Below are positions 50,118 through 62,101 of a stretch of 64,000 nucleotides of DNA, in pieces. The notes beneath the pieces are model-generated. The model was not told where the DNA came from and ran no database searches. It saw only the letters and a program-made list of their open reading frames with translations. This stretch comes from Phoronis australis (lineage: Eukaryota > Animalia > Phoronida), in assembly GCA_002633005.1 (NCBI GenBank), contig NMRA01000029.1, positions 636,956 to 700,955 of the forward strand. Direction: 5' to 3'. A program made the translations under genes and the position numbers. The stretch's first letter is position 1, and every line of letters begins with the position of its first letter.

Positions 50118-51063
50118 ATGGTTCTGAACACATGAGTAGGCTACAGTCTTGTCATAATTATTTGTCTGTCTTTGAACCTTGAACCCATGACCCTCCATGG
50201 GGTAAAGGAACTGTGTTTCTTGAGGTGCTACAACTATATAACTATATTTGTTTCCTCCAGCAGTAGTTGTGTGTACTTTTATGGCCATCGTTTGTTTGGG
50301 GCCAAAAAGAGATGAATGTTTGTGATGCTGTGTGCACTTTTAACACAATAGGGTGACTTGGCTAGTGTACATAACAATCTAATTAGTAGAATGGGTGTCT
50401 CAATGGTCTAAACGCCTACAAAGAATTTCGATATGTTTGAATGGGGGAATGAGGAATTGTGCAAAAAATAGCAAAGTACATAGGTACGGTTATGTAGGGC
50501 CTCATGTACAAGTTTGTCTGTTTACAAAAACTATGGATCTTAACCCGGTAAAAGTATATAATTTCTGACAGTAGAAAGCCTACAAATTTCTGTGTACCAC
50601 ATGTTCAATTAATGTTACTGAGATAGTAAAAAAGTAAAGGAAATATTTGCGAAAAGTTATAATGTTCAATTTATTTCACTTTGGATTTTAACTATTTATT
50701 CTGATGTAGGATGTTTCTTATGCACTCATACTTATATGTGGGTGCATACTATCCTATCTGTGTCATACTTGGGGCCATTGAACATATGTACATATTGCAA
50801 TAAAAATCATATCGTGTAACATGTTGCTGATTTCTCGAGCATATATACCGTCGATAATGAGGTGAACCACTTGCTTTCGAAGATGGGCCTTGTCTTACGT
50901 GTATTCAAGTGTGTTGGAGTTAAGTGATGAGATTTGAATTATGTACCACATAGAATGAAAACAATATCTTCACTTTTTAATTATTATAGTTCTTGTTGAA
51001 CAGCTTCAAGTTATGTTTTGTTCAACATTATAGGAGTCTATTTGCTATTAGAGGGGATGTCTT

Positions 51064-54000
51064 CTAACCAGTGTCCATCTGGTGGTTGCGGTTTATTTGT
51101 GGCTGCATTACCGCTAGGGTCCAGCCACTTTCTGGAATGACCCTGTTGTCAGTAGCTTGTACTGCTTGTGTCAATGCTTGTCTGACCGCTGCTGGATGCT
51201 TTGGTCGTACCACCTTGTGTTCTGTGGGCATTGAAGCTTGTCTGGTCTCAAGGCTGTGGTCACCTCGTTGATATAGATCTGGCCATCGATAAACACGGTA
51301 GTAGCTGTCCAGCAACAATGATTTCCGCATGTCCTCCTCGCTGTGCGGACTTATGTCTTGAGCATATCGTTGGGCTTAAACAGGAACAATATACAGCGTC
51401 ATTCAATGAAAAAGAAAGTGAGAATCACTCTAGATTCCAATATGATATCAGTGAGATTCTCACTAAAAGAACCATTTGGGTGAGAAATACAATTAAGTGA
51501 GAATCCATTGAGAATTTGAAAAAGTCGGTGATGGGAAAAAGTGGGAATTCAGTGAGAATGAAGCACCAGTATTAGACGCACTGGTGTATTCATTCTGTGT
51601 TGACAGCTGAGTATCTTGCTGAGATTCACCAGAAGTTGGTTTAAAGGCGAAGGCAACCTTTTTTCATGTAATTTTTAGCAAAAATAAGGCTCGTTGATTA
51701 TCCCAGACATATTTTTCACTTATTTACAGCTTTTCGTAGTTTAATTAATTACTCGTCGTCTACCCCGGAAGTGACGTTTTGGGAGGCAAAAATTTCACGC
51801 CAATTTCTTTTCATATAGTCTGACTGTGAGAGCAGTCAAGTCAGTCATTGTTCTACCTCGGTTGTGATAAGTTCAGTCGTCGTTTGCTTTTGCTTACGAG
51901 TCAGTCAACATGCCACGCTGTTGCTGCATACTCATTATTGTCTCACGTAGGCCTAACAGAGGAAGAACTGTTCCACTTGCCCGAGTGTCCCGGGATACAC
52001 TCCCACTGGTGGGTGATCTGAGCACCCAAACTGCTTACGTCCCATCGTGTGACTCCCTCGCCACACTCCTGGCACCTGCTAAGTAGCTCCAATACAAGTC
52101 CACAATAAACTTATGGAACTTAGGCTCACCGATCTGTTCATTGGATGACGAAATGTCCTCGTCACTGGGTGTCGAACTGGGCCTCACTCCCACTACTCAA
52201 ATTTTAATCAACGTATAATTATAATGTAATGTAAATAAAAACGTTCTCTCTCTCTCTCTATCCCTCTCCCTCTCGCTCTCTCTCTCACGGAATTCCCGGA
52301 ATTGCACGCTATGGGGTATGTTCGGAGGCACGGGTGACAGTAGATGAAGTGCCACCAGTCACTGTACAGTGGCCACAGCTCGCAAGGCTTCTCGCTTCAA
52401 AAACGCACATCTCGGATTTGGCGACGGGGCACTGCCGGGAATCAACAGCGACGTGGTACCCTTCTTCAGGCATTGTTTCACAGGGACCTTCATCAATTCT
52501 TTTGTAATCTGACGGCAGAAAATGCTTGCCACACACTCGGTAACCCTCCACTGCTTTGTACGTTGCATGGACGAGTAGCGCTGTGTTCTTCACATGAACG
52601 AGCTAGCCAAGTACGGCGAAGTTGTCATCCTTCAGAAAAGCGATTCAAGTTACCCAAAGTGCGTGTGAGACGATATATCCCGGCACGCAGCAGCAGTGTG
52701 GCATGTTGACTGACTCATAAACAATTAAAGGGAACGCCGACTGAACTTATCACAACCGAGGTAGAATTGCTGCTAAACTATTGCCTCCCAAAACGTCACT
52801 TCCAGGGTAGAGGACGAGAAATTAATCAAATTACGAAAATCTGTAATTAAGTGAAAAATGTGTCTGGGATAATCAAGGAACCATATTTTTGCTAAAAGTG
52901 ACATGAAAAAAGGTTGCCTTCGCCTTTAAGTCCACTGTATTTCAATAAAACGTACCTTAAATCAAATTTCATGATAAACTCACAAAAATAAGTAGCGTTT
53001 CGATTACCGATAAAACTTTGAACTCTCATCCAATTTAGTCAATGGTTACATAAAATGTACACACAATATATTCTAAGGTCAAAATTCTCACCCAGTGAGA
53101 TTTCCACTCAGTAAGATTTTCAGTAAGACAAATTCTCACTGAGTTGGGAATGCTAGTATGCAAATTAGTTAGATTTTCACTGAATCCCCACTGAAACATC
53201 ATTGTATTCTCATTAGAGTGAGATTTTTTCTCACTAATTTGAATGGCGGACCTACCTAGTAATTATTCTTTCTGTGAGATAGCTACTTTTATGTGGCATA
53301 ACCTCTGAACGTCTGTTTCACTTTTAGTGATTTCACGAGATTGGCTCAAATTCTACCTTGATCACCAGTAGTTAATGATATCTTAGCCCTGTTTCTTGAA
53401 AAGTGACCGAGACATTAAGTCAGAAATTTGGTATTGGACCCCACACAACTATTTATGAAAAATAATTAAATTTCAATTAAGCAAAATTACACTCTCCAAA
53501 AATGTAGACATGACTTCTAGTTACTGAGGGAATTTTTATCAATTATTTCTAGGCTGTGATGCATTCATAATCAGGGCTTGACGCTATTAAAATCACCAGG
53601 TCACATTTTGTGGTTTAGCCAAAATCCCAGGTTGCATTTTCAAACTCTAGCTTCATTTATAAATGCCAGGTCGCAAAAATTTCCCGCCATTTTTACGCAC
53701 CAAATTTGATTTTCAGATCATTGAGAAATATTTAGATTATAGTCTTACCTGCAGCGGTAAACACTCATAAATTGCGGATCACAAAATTAAGTTCGTTCAT
53801 GCAGGTACAGTCATGTTCTTCATGACCGCCATTGAAAGGCTCTAGAGCGCAAGGCAAGTTGCCGACATGAAAGTTCATTCAGTGCTTTCTAACTGAAACG
53901 TGCATTCGAGTAGCTAAGTTAACGATGTGAAAAGGGAGAGAATGCCCGTTGAAAAAGTATCCACGATTTTGCCTGCAGGTATCACCTGCTACTGGGTGTC

Positions 54001-57000
54001 ATCAAAGTCGTTAAAGATCCAAACTAACTCGGAGTGCTAATTCCCTCCACTTTTTGTTCGCAGCCCAAATTTTGCAACTTAACTCGACGTTTGAAAAACA
54101 TCTGTCGAAAAAGTCCTTGAAATGATGCCCTAATCGAATGACGTAATTGGATGCGCGGGAACAATTCAGTGCAAATTTCACAACAAAAATGTACTTTTGT
54201 GTACTCAACAATTAGTTTTCCATGAAATTCTCAAAAGTTGAGGGGGAACGCTTAGTAGATCAGTGAGTGCTAATATTATGAAACACTTCAAAGGTAGGGA
54301 GTAGGCTTGTACGTGAGCATAGTCGTTAACCTGAGTGTTTGCTGTAATAAGATATTAAAAGACGGCAATGGTAGAAACTTTATAATAATACGATTTTGCG
54401 AGGCAAACTCCATCTAGTAGGGCTGACTTTCTGGATATCGTTTCCACCTTAACACTGTACCCTTTTTAGCCACCTGGAATGATTTTGTTTTAATTGCCCG
54501 CTTCAGCCGGAACAAGATTGTTTCTATTGGAGTCTGAACATTTTACGATGACGGTGGTCCGGGGAACAAAGAGTTGCCGGGGGGAGTGCATGAAGATAAG
54601 AATAAAAATTAAGTTCACCAACCAAAATTTCGCACCTAGCACCCGTTTAGTTGCAATAGCTGGCTACGGGCATAGAATATAGCGTTAAGGGAACATCGAC
54701 CAAAGCATCGCCACAGAAAAATATCAGTTCTGGGCTATATCAGTTACTGTTCTTTTAACTTGGATTTGTCAACAACCAAATAACGGTCGGATTAACAAGA
54801 GTTGCTTTATATTTGCTAGATATCTGCCGAGGAGTGTAAAAACTCAGCTCGCATACGTTTGAAATTCCAGGTCACATTTTGCGACTTGATACGAGCTGAC
54901 AAAACTCTCAGCTCGCATTTGCAAATTTCAGGTCGCAAATGCGACCTGCAGCTCGTTATGTCGAGCCCTGATAATTAATTGGCTAAAGCTGCACTCAATA
55001 TCTGTGAAGTGAAAGCTTACCACTGAATTTTGTTACAGTCTTTAAGTCCCTTTTCATACCATAGCTCTTAATTAAAAAAGGAAAAAGGAACTCACCCAGT
55101 CCACAAACACTGCTTGTGCTGCTTACAGGACTGATGATGTTGGCAATGTTTTGTGTGTGGCCTGTAGCTGAAATGATTATCAAATGCAATGCATTATTGT
55201 TATGGTCAAATTGCTCCAGTTGGGTAATGCACAACCTTATCGACATGTCTGGCTGCTGTGCAATCAGCCAAACATCGGCAAAACTAGAATTTAACTCGAC
55301 AAAAGTTTATTTATACCACAATATCATCCTCGAATGGCCAATACAACCATGAAAGTTAACGTACTTAGTAATCTCACTCGTGAGATAATATTTTGGCAGG
55401 AACTGAGGCTGGTTTCGAACCCGGGCTGCAAGAGTTTCGGGTCGTCAACTTTACCACTGCACCACTCAGCGGGTATCGTCATCGAATGTGAATATAGATT
55501 AAATGAACACGCGCAACAATCTCATGCTCAACAAATGGCATTGTACCGACATTTATACGCTATGAAAAATAAGACGCAAAATTTCCATAAAACAGTAAAA
55601 TTTATCTCTCATTTTCTCTCACTTGTAAATCACCGATCTCCAATTTGAATGCGGGTATCGTGTTGCGGGATCCTTTGACTTGAGCATTTTAGTCAGTTAC
55701 TAGTGGTAACCTACTTTAGCAGACAATATTTTCTCGGTCAAAGCTTAGCGTGATGAAATGTGTAGATAAAATCTTAAAAACCCAGTTTTCATTTGCCACA
55801 GCTTAAACTAATTGAATTTTTTCGTAAAAATAACGCAAGTGCTAGTTTTTGATAGCCCCTCATGGAAAAGTGTCTATTTTGAAAATGGTTGGCATTGGTA
55901 TCCACTGCTCTCCTAAGTATCCTCCGTTATCTCAAGAATTTTCAGCAGCGGGGCACACAATGCTCCTTTTCAGTTAGTTCTGATCGATTGATTGTAAATT
56001 CATACTTGTACGTACTGTTATCGAAAAACATTTCTGAAGTGCCACCAATGACATTGGTGAAACCTGCTTACGCCAGTTTGAGATGCAATTAGCAAAAAAA
56101 CAATGGCGTGCCTCTATTTATTACTTCCGAATGATACACCAGCATATTTCCAACCTTTAAATTCCAAAATTGAGAGGTGGTGGATACCCAGTAAGGCAGA
56201 CTGACCCCTTGGTCACCACACTTCCTTGATAAACCGGTCTTGATAAAACTGGGAGAATTAGTTCAGTGTCTGCAGAATTTCATCACATTTAATACTTACT
56301 TCCACTGGTTTGAGATTGCCATCCACTGTCTCCATCATCTGAAAAAATCAACGACATCAGTCACCTGGTTTTGTACTGTTTTCAGGATAAGATTCATGTT
56401 GCAGCACGACGGTTAGGTTATCTTAAACCTGAGTGGCATTTCATTCTAACTCGCTTGTACAGCATAAAAAGGCTTTGTCAACTAGTAAAAGTATATGTTT
56501 TAAAGTTATTTGTTGTTGTTATTATTATGTTCACGTTTTTGGTGGGTGTCAGAATTAATGCAATAAACTGTTGTAAGGCTGTGCTCAACTTATCTAGATT
56601 TTCGTCTAAGTTGAATATATTAAAGGCTCACAATAACTTTCCCATCCAATTTAATCTCATTCTGTGTCCAAAATCAAGTGAGGTGTGTGTTTGCATTATG
56701 TTCATCTATGATGAAAAATTATGACAACAATGACATACAAATTCAAAATAAACAGTTATGCCCACACAATCTCACCAGCTGCGTTATGTAATTAGTCTTA
56801 TGACTGACAGGGCAGATATCGAAGTTTGTTTTGATATGGGACACCATTACAAACGGCCCGTATTTTGTTACGATCTCACAGCTACCGGTATTTAGAATGA
56901 ATGGCTTCATTCATTCATGCAGGTGTGCCACCCCTAGGTTTTGTAAAGTATTGAGTCCTGTTTCCTTTTTACCAGGCAATAGTACAAAAAACAATTATAA

Positions 57001-57063
57001 CCTTGTATACTTACCTTCAGAAAGTTTGCGGTTGTACAGCGAACCTCCACTGCTGTACGCCAT
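51064..57063 (-). CDS. Candidate 4-exon gene, 156-aa protein of unknown function
   Basis: Exons 57063-57015 (MAYSSGGSLYNRKLSE, gtaagt), 56338-56300 (tttcag/gtaagt), 55167-55096 (tttcag/gtgagt), 51374-51064 (tttaag, to TAG); all phase 1, 471 nt, no internal stop; no domain recognised. Confidence 0.5.
51645..52925 (-). mobile_element. Kolobok-like DNA transposon derivative with THAP remnant (inverted relative to 42815 copy)
   Basis: TTAA at 51641 and 52926, termini AGGCGAAGGCAACC..GGTTGCCTTCGCCT; minus-strand YRVCGKHFLPSDY; (CT)n at 52245-52287. Confidence 0.88.
53572..54970. mobile_element. Non-autonomous hAT-like element with 5-bp TSD
   Basis: TIR cagggcttgac / gtcgagccctg; ataat on both flanks; subterminal caggtc(g/a)ca repeats at both ends. 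Confidence 0.7.
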
Positions 57064-57069
57064 TCTAAT

Positions 57070-57102
57070 TTTTGACGTCACACTTACTATGACTTCCTGT
57101 AA
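57070..57102 (-). promoter_or_regulatory. CRE palindrome (TGACGTCA) and ETS-like caggaagt just upstream of candidate ATG
   Basis: tgacgtca at 57073-57080; acttcctg at ~57092; motif match only. Confidence 0.3.
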
Positions 57103-58959
57103 ACTGGTTTAGGTCAGAGAACATGTGCAGTGGTCTGGGGTCACACTGTAAAGCCTTCACAGCACTAATGAATAGAAGCAGTGCTGCACCAGTCTGTCTC
57201 ATCACAGCTTCATTCAAAGTCACCCTGAGAATGTTTTTGGAGTCTCATCAGTAACCCATCAAAATGAACAATGTATTTTCTGTATTATCTTTTTTTAGAT
57301 AGATCTATGAACTCTGCTTTGTGACTAAGAAATAAGTTGTAGGGATTTTCGAAAGTGGTACGAGTCCTGTTTTACTATACGCCCACATTTATATGCAGGT
57401 ATATTGCTGTCGTGTCTGTTTGGTCATCTGGCATCCAGTACTGTACTGTTGGAGGGTCTTATTGAAATTTGGCAGGTGTGTTTCTATGTGGCGTACGACC
57501 AATGTCGACGAGTTTCGGACAGACCTGAATACTGCTGTGTCCCTTAGTGGCAATTTTAGTTTGTAATGTTTGCCTCTCTATTTTCGGAGTTCCTTGATGG
57601 GTTTTCATGAAATTTGGCAGAGGCGTTTAATACAGCGGCGATTTTGAAAATAAAAGAAAATGCTTTGATATCAACAGCAATAGCTCACTTGCGAGTTTCC
57701 AGTTAGTCAATGTGACGTCTCTGGAAAGAGGGCAAAACCCGCCATATTGTTCTTGTTTTGCCACGAGTCTTTGCTACACACGCGAAATCTTACTGGAGTT
57801 CTTATGTTGAATTTTACACTTAAAACGTCAACACGATTAAAGAATGATAGATGAATCATGGAATAACTGAGTGGATGAAGAAAATGTGAACTTGTTTTGT
57901 TGTGCGAAGCTGTGAACGGACTGAACGACCCGGTCTAGGCCTGAATGCTGCAGGCATACATGTGCGATAGTATATCCCCATAAAAAGTTACAGCAAATAA
58001 AATCAATTGAAACATGCATATGTGCACTTGGAGTTATAATTAGCACATACCCTGACTCTGGATACATTATTTAGTCGACAATTGAACATATCCATGAAAA
58101 CCTCGCGGTTCGCTCAAGTTTCTTTTACCGCCAGGCACCATTTTTAGTAAGTTACATGAAATCACACCTATTGATGAACAAAAAGTCCAAGGGACGCAAA
58201 TCTTACAAATTTCACTTGATATTTTCCAATTCTATTGTGGAAGTGTCTTGCGCCAGGTCACGCGCTTCGCTCAGTCTCGCGCTAGCCTTTGCCTCATACT
58301 CTCCTGACTCGGTTGAAACAGAGACACTAGAGAGGTTTAATGTCTTTGGTTGATTATCGCGCGCGCAGTCCAAGTTAACAGTAACCAAAAAGTGTAGTTG
58401 GAATTCTTCACCAAAGTCACCTGCATTCCCGTATTTTTTTTTGGTATGGGTGCTTCATCGGAAGATATGCTTAGAAGCAGAAAGGATCACTGAAGAAAGT
58501 AAGCCCCTTCTTAGGTAGTAATTTGAAGTTCAGAATGTATTTTTGACTAGGTGAAAGCTTAATCAGTAAGCGGATTTCACCTATCGCCCGTTTAAAATAC
58601 GCAGGCCTAGTACAGAACGCGATAGAACGTATTGTAGTGCGAATCTGAATTTCATTTGCCATAACACCAATGCCCTTTTGGCATTTTTCACACTAAAACA
58701 TTAAAAACTCGAAGTAAACAACAAAATACACTGCTACCCTATCGGGCAAATGGCTGAATGACAAGCTTTGGCCCCACTTCCGGTGACCCGTCACAGTTAA
58801 GTCTCACATAATGATTGGCATTATTGTTACAAATTCGCAAAAGGACTATTAAAAGTCTTTACAAACAAACACTAAAAACGCTTGCTGAGCTGGTTGATTT
58901 CTGTTTCACTGGCAGAGAACCAGTTTCAATATTGCAATATATCACGTTCAAGGTCTCTC

Positions 58960-60633
58960 TAAACGGATCTGTCTACTGTTGTGCCTCCTAGATTATTTTT
59001 GGCGTCCACTGCTCTATCTCCAAAACGCCTTGACGTATGTTCATGATTTTTGTGCACTTGTTCCTTACGTGGATGGGTCATGGCATGAGAGAACTTTCGG
59101 ACGGATCCGACTACCGGTGTGCCCCCTAGTGGCAATTTTGTTTTTTTTACGTTTACCTCTATCTTCAAAAGTCCTGAACGGATTTTCATAAAATTTGATA
59201 TGTAAGGCACCTATTAGTGAGATGACGCTATCCTCCCGTTTTCAGATGGATTTGACCTAGTTTGCGCCACCTAGTGGCTATTTTTACTGTTTTCGAGTTT
59301 TGTTTTTTTGCGACCACCCTTCTATCAACCAAACTGCTCAAAGGATGATTGTGAAAATTGTCATGTGTGTTCTTACTATGAAGTGGACGGCTGACGATGA
59401 TTTTCCAATGACTTCATCTACTGTGGCACCTCCTAGTGGCAGTATTGTTTTTTGCGCCTATGGCTGTATCCCCTAAACTTTACTAAATTTAGTAACTGCA
59501 TTTATATGATGTTAACAACGGAGGAAAACGACTTTCAGACGGATCTGACTACTGGTGTGCCACCTAGTGGCAATTTTATTTTTTCTTACATTTACCTTTG
59601 TATGTTCAAAGGTCCTCAACGTATTTTCATAAAATTAGGCATACAGGCATCTGTTTAGGAGATGATGCTATCTCTTCGTTTTCAGGTGGATTCGACCTAG
59701 TTTGCGTCACCTAGTGGCCATTTTTACTGTTTTCGAGTCTGAGGCGTCCAATCATCTATCAACCAAACTGCTTTCAGGATAATTGTGAAAATTTGCGTTA
59801 TTGTTTGTTTTTACTATGAAGAGGATGGCTGATGACGATTTTCCGACTAGTTCGATTACTGTGGCGCCTACTAGTGGCACTTTTGATTTTTTACGCTCAT
59901 GACTGTATCCATTAAACCGTTTGCTGGATCTTTACTTAATTTAGCAAGTGTATTTATATGATGTTGACAATGGATGACGACGACTTTTGGATGGATCTGA
60001 CTAGTGGTGTGCCCCCTAGTGGCAATATTATTTTTTTACGTTTACCGGTCTGTATCTTCAAAGGTCCTCATCAGATTTTCATGAAATTTTTACTATAGGC
60101 ATCTATTGGTGAGATGACGCTATCATCCTGTTTTTGGATGGAATCGTGTTGGCCATTTTTGTTGTTTTAAAATCTTGTTTTTGGCGTCCACCCCTCGATC
60201 AACCAAATCATTCTAGGGATGGTTTTGAAAATTGGTGTAAAAAAAATATGTTTTCAGTGTGAAGAAGATATTTGATTATGGCGACTGGCTACTGTGGCGC
60301 CTCTTAGTGGTAGTTTTGTTTTGTTTTACGTCCATAGCTATATCTCCAAAACTCACTGCAGGATATTTATTAAATTTAGTAAGTGTATTTAATTGAAGAT
60401 AACAACAGATGACGACTTTCAGGCAGATCCAATTTTATTGTTTTGTTTTCGTTTGTTTCTCTGAATTTCCTTCACAGATTTCTATGAAATATGGCATGTT
60501 CCCATTTCTGCATGGATTTTACGTTTTTGCGCCATATAGTGGCCATTTTTATGAAACAAATAATTAACCCTAAAAGCACACCATTTGCGATGCATTCGTG
60601 GGCGCATTTCAATGCACCGCATTGCTCTTGTTG
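58960..60633 (+). mobile_element. 5'-truncated HINE-like element, ~3.5 diverging ~445-bp units
   Basis: Unit marker gactac/t.ggtgtgcc.cctagtggc at ~59108, 59548, 59999; 3' end gtgggcgcat..caatgcaccgcattg..ctcttgtt at 60598-60632. Confidence 0.75.
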
Positions 60634-60751
60634 TAGTTCTTGGATGGATTTTCATGAACCTTTGCATATAGATTTCTGTTACGAAGATGACCATGCATTC
60701 TATTATTGGACTGAATTTCAACATGTTGACATCTATTGGAAAACGGACAAT

Positions 60752-60916
60752 AAAAAAAGATCATGTTAACTCAACGTTTCGTCTATTCATAAGACATCAT
60801 CAGGATATATACAATAAGACGGCATGCTCAACTGATTCTCTAAATGCTGTCTTATTGTATATATCCTGCTGATGTCTTATGAATAGATGAAATGCTCAGT
60901 TACCACGAGCTTTTTC
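60752..60916. repeat. Palindrome with CTGATGA...GAAAC core, Penelope-like terminal repeat
   Basis: cgtttcgtctattcataagacatcatcaggatatatacaataagacggcat / atgctgtcttattgtatatatcctgctgatgtcttatgaatagatgaaatg. Confidence 0.65.
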
Positions 60917-61556
60917 ATTTGTGCGACGATTGGGCATTTCTAATTGTCTTGGCACCTAATGACCATTTTATGATACTTAAATAAACAGCCCAACAAGCAT
61001 ACCGTTTGCGGGCCTTGCAGTCGTATGCACATTCCAGTGATTTGGTCGTGTCTCAAAATTTTAATAGGTCTTATTTTAAATTATCCACTTTTAGAGCATT
61101 TTGAGCAAAAATGGCTGTACTCTTTGATTTTTGAAGGCTTCGTTCCAAAAAACTAGGACCTATTTCAAAAATCTGAGACGTGGTTCCCTCGAAATTGCTG
61201 TTATCAATATGATAAAAAAGACCAATATGATTGGAGGAATATTTTTAAAATTTCTGTTCAAAGTCAAGATTTTTTTAAATAGAAATCGCATATCTCGCGA
61301 AATAAATAAAATCAGCTAAATAGGAATAATTATTTTTTCAAGGAAATCTATTCACCCTTCAGAAAATTTTTATACTTTCAGGAGTAACTTGTTCTAAGAT
61401 AAGTCTGAGTGTGGACGGCACTTTAGTAGTCCCAAACTTAACTAAATTATTCACTTTGTGGGGTTAGAAACTGATAATTGGTTTATTGCTCATTTGAATT
61501 TTCAGGGTAACTTTAAGTCTCTAATGTCTGTAAATAGGCTGAACACTTCCTGGCTA

Positions 61557-62101
61557 TCATCCAGTGTCCAGGCTGTTAAAACGACCACGTCCATGATTAT
61601 GGAGAAATATGGGTGTGAGGTCGGTCCGAGACGGCAGAAACACTCTTGAATCCTGAGGCTGACAGATGAGTTTCCTGGCTGCCCTGCAAGTGATATTGGT
61701 GGCCATCTCTTCTGGTGTTTCAGCTCCATTCTGTCGTTCACATTGTGACAGGATTGCGTCCTCCATCAGGGCTCTGCGGAGCTCGTCTTCATTGGGAGGG
61801 GTTTCTTCTTGAACTGGGAAAGGAAGCTTCTCAGTTTCTGAAGCGAAAGATTCCACCATGTCTTGTGCATACGAGGTAGAGCCACTGAAGTATAGGGAAA
61901 TGGTTTCTTCTCCAGCCTCGATGATGTTGTCATCGTTGCACTCTGCGGTATCATCAGCAGTGCGCAGCGTCCACTCCATCAGGATTAGAAGCACCAGGAA
62001 GATGACAACACACTGGGGGATGGTGACCAGTGCAGAGCATGTCAGAATAATGGCTATGACAAGTTTTTCCATTTGATCAGGCTGGCCTGCTGCCTCTCCA
62101 T
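61557..62101 (-). CDS. Probable terminal exon or single-exon ORF: hydrophobic N-terminal segment plus acidic region, unknown product
   Basis: GC-richer than flanks; ttacag acceptor at 62102; MEKLVIAIILTCSALVTIPQCVVIFLVLLILMEW then D/E-rich ~150 aa to stop. Confidence 0.45.
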
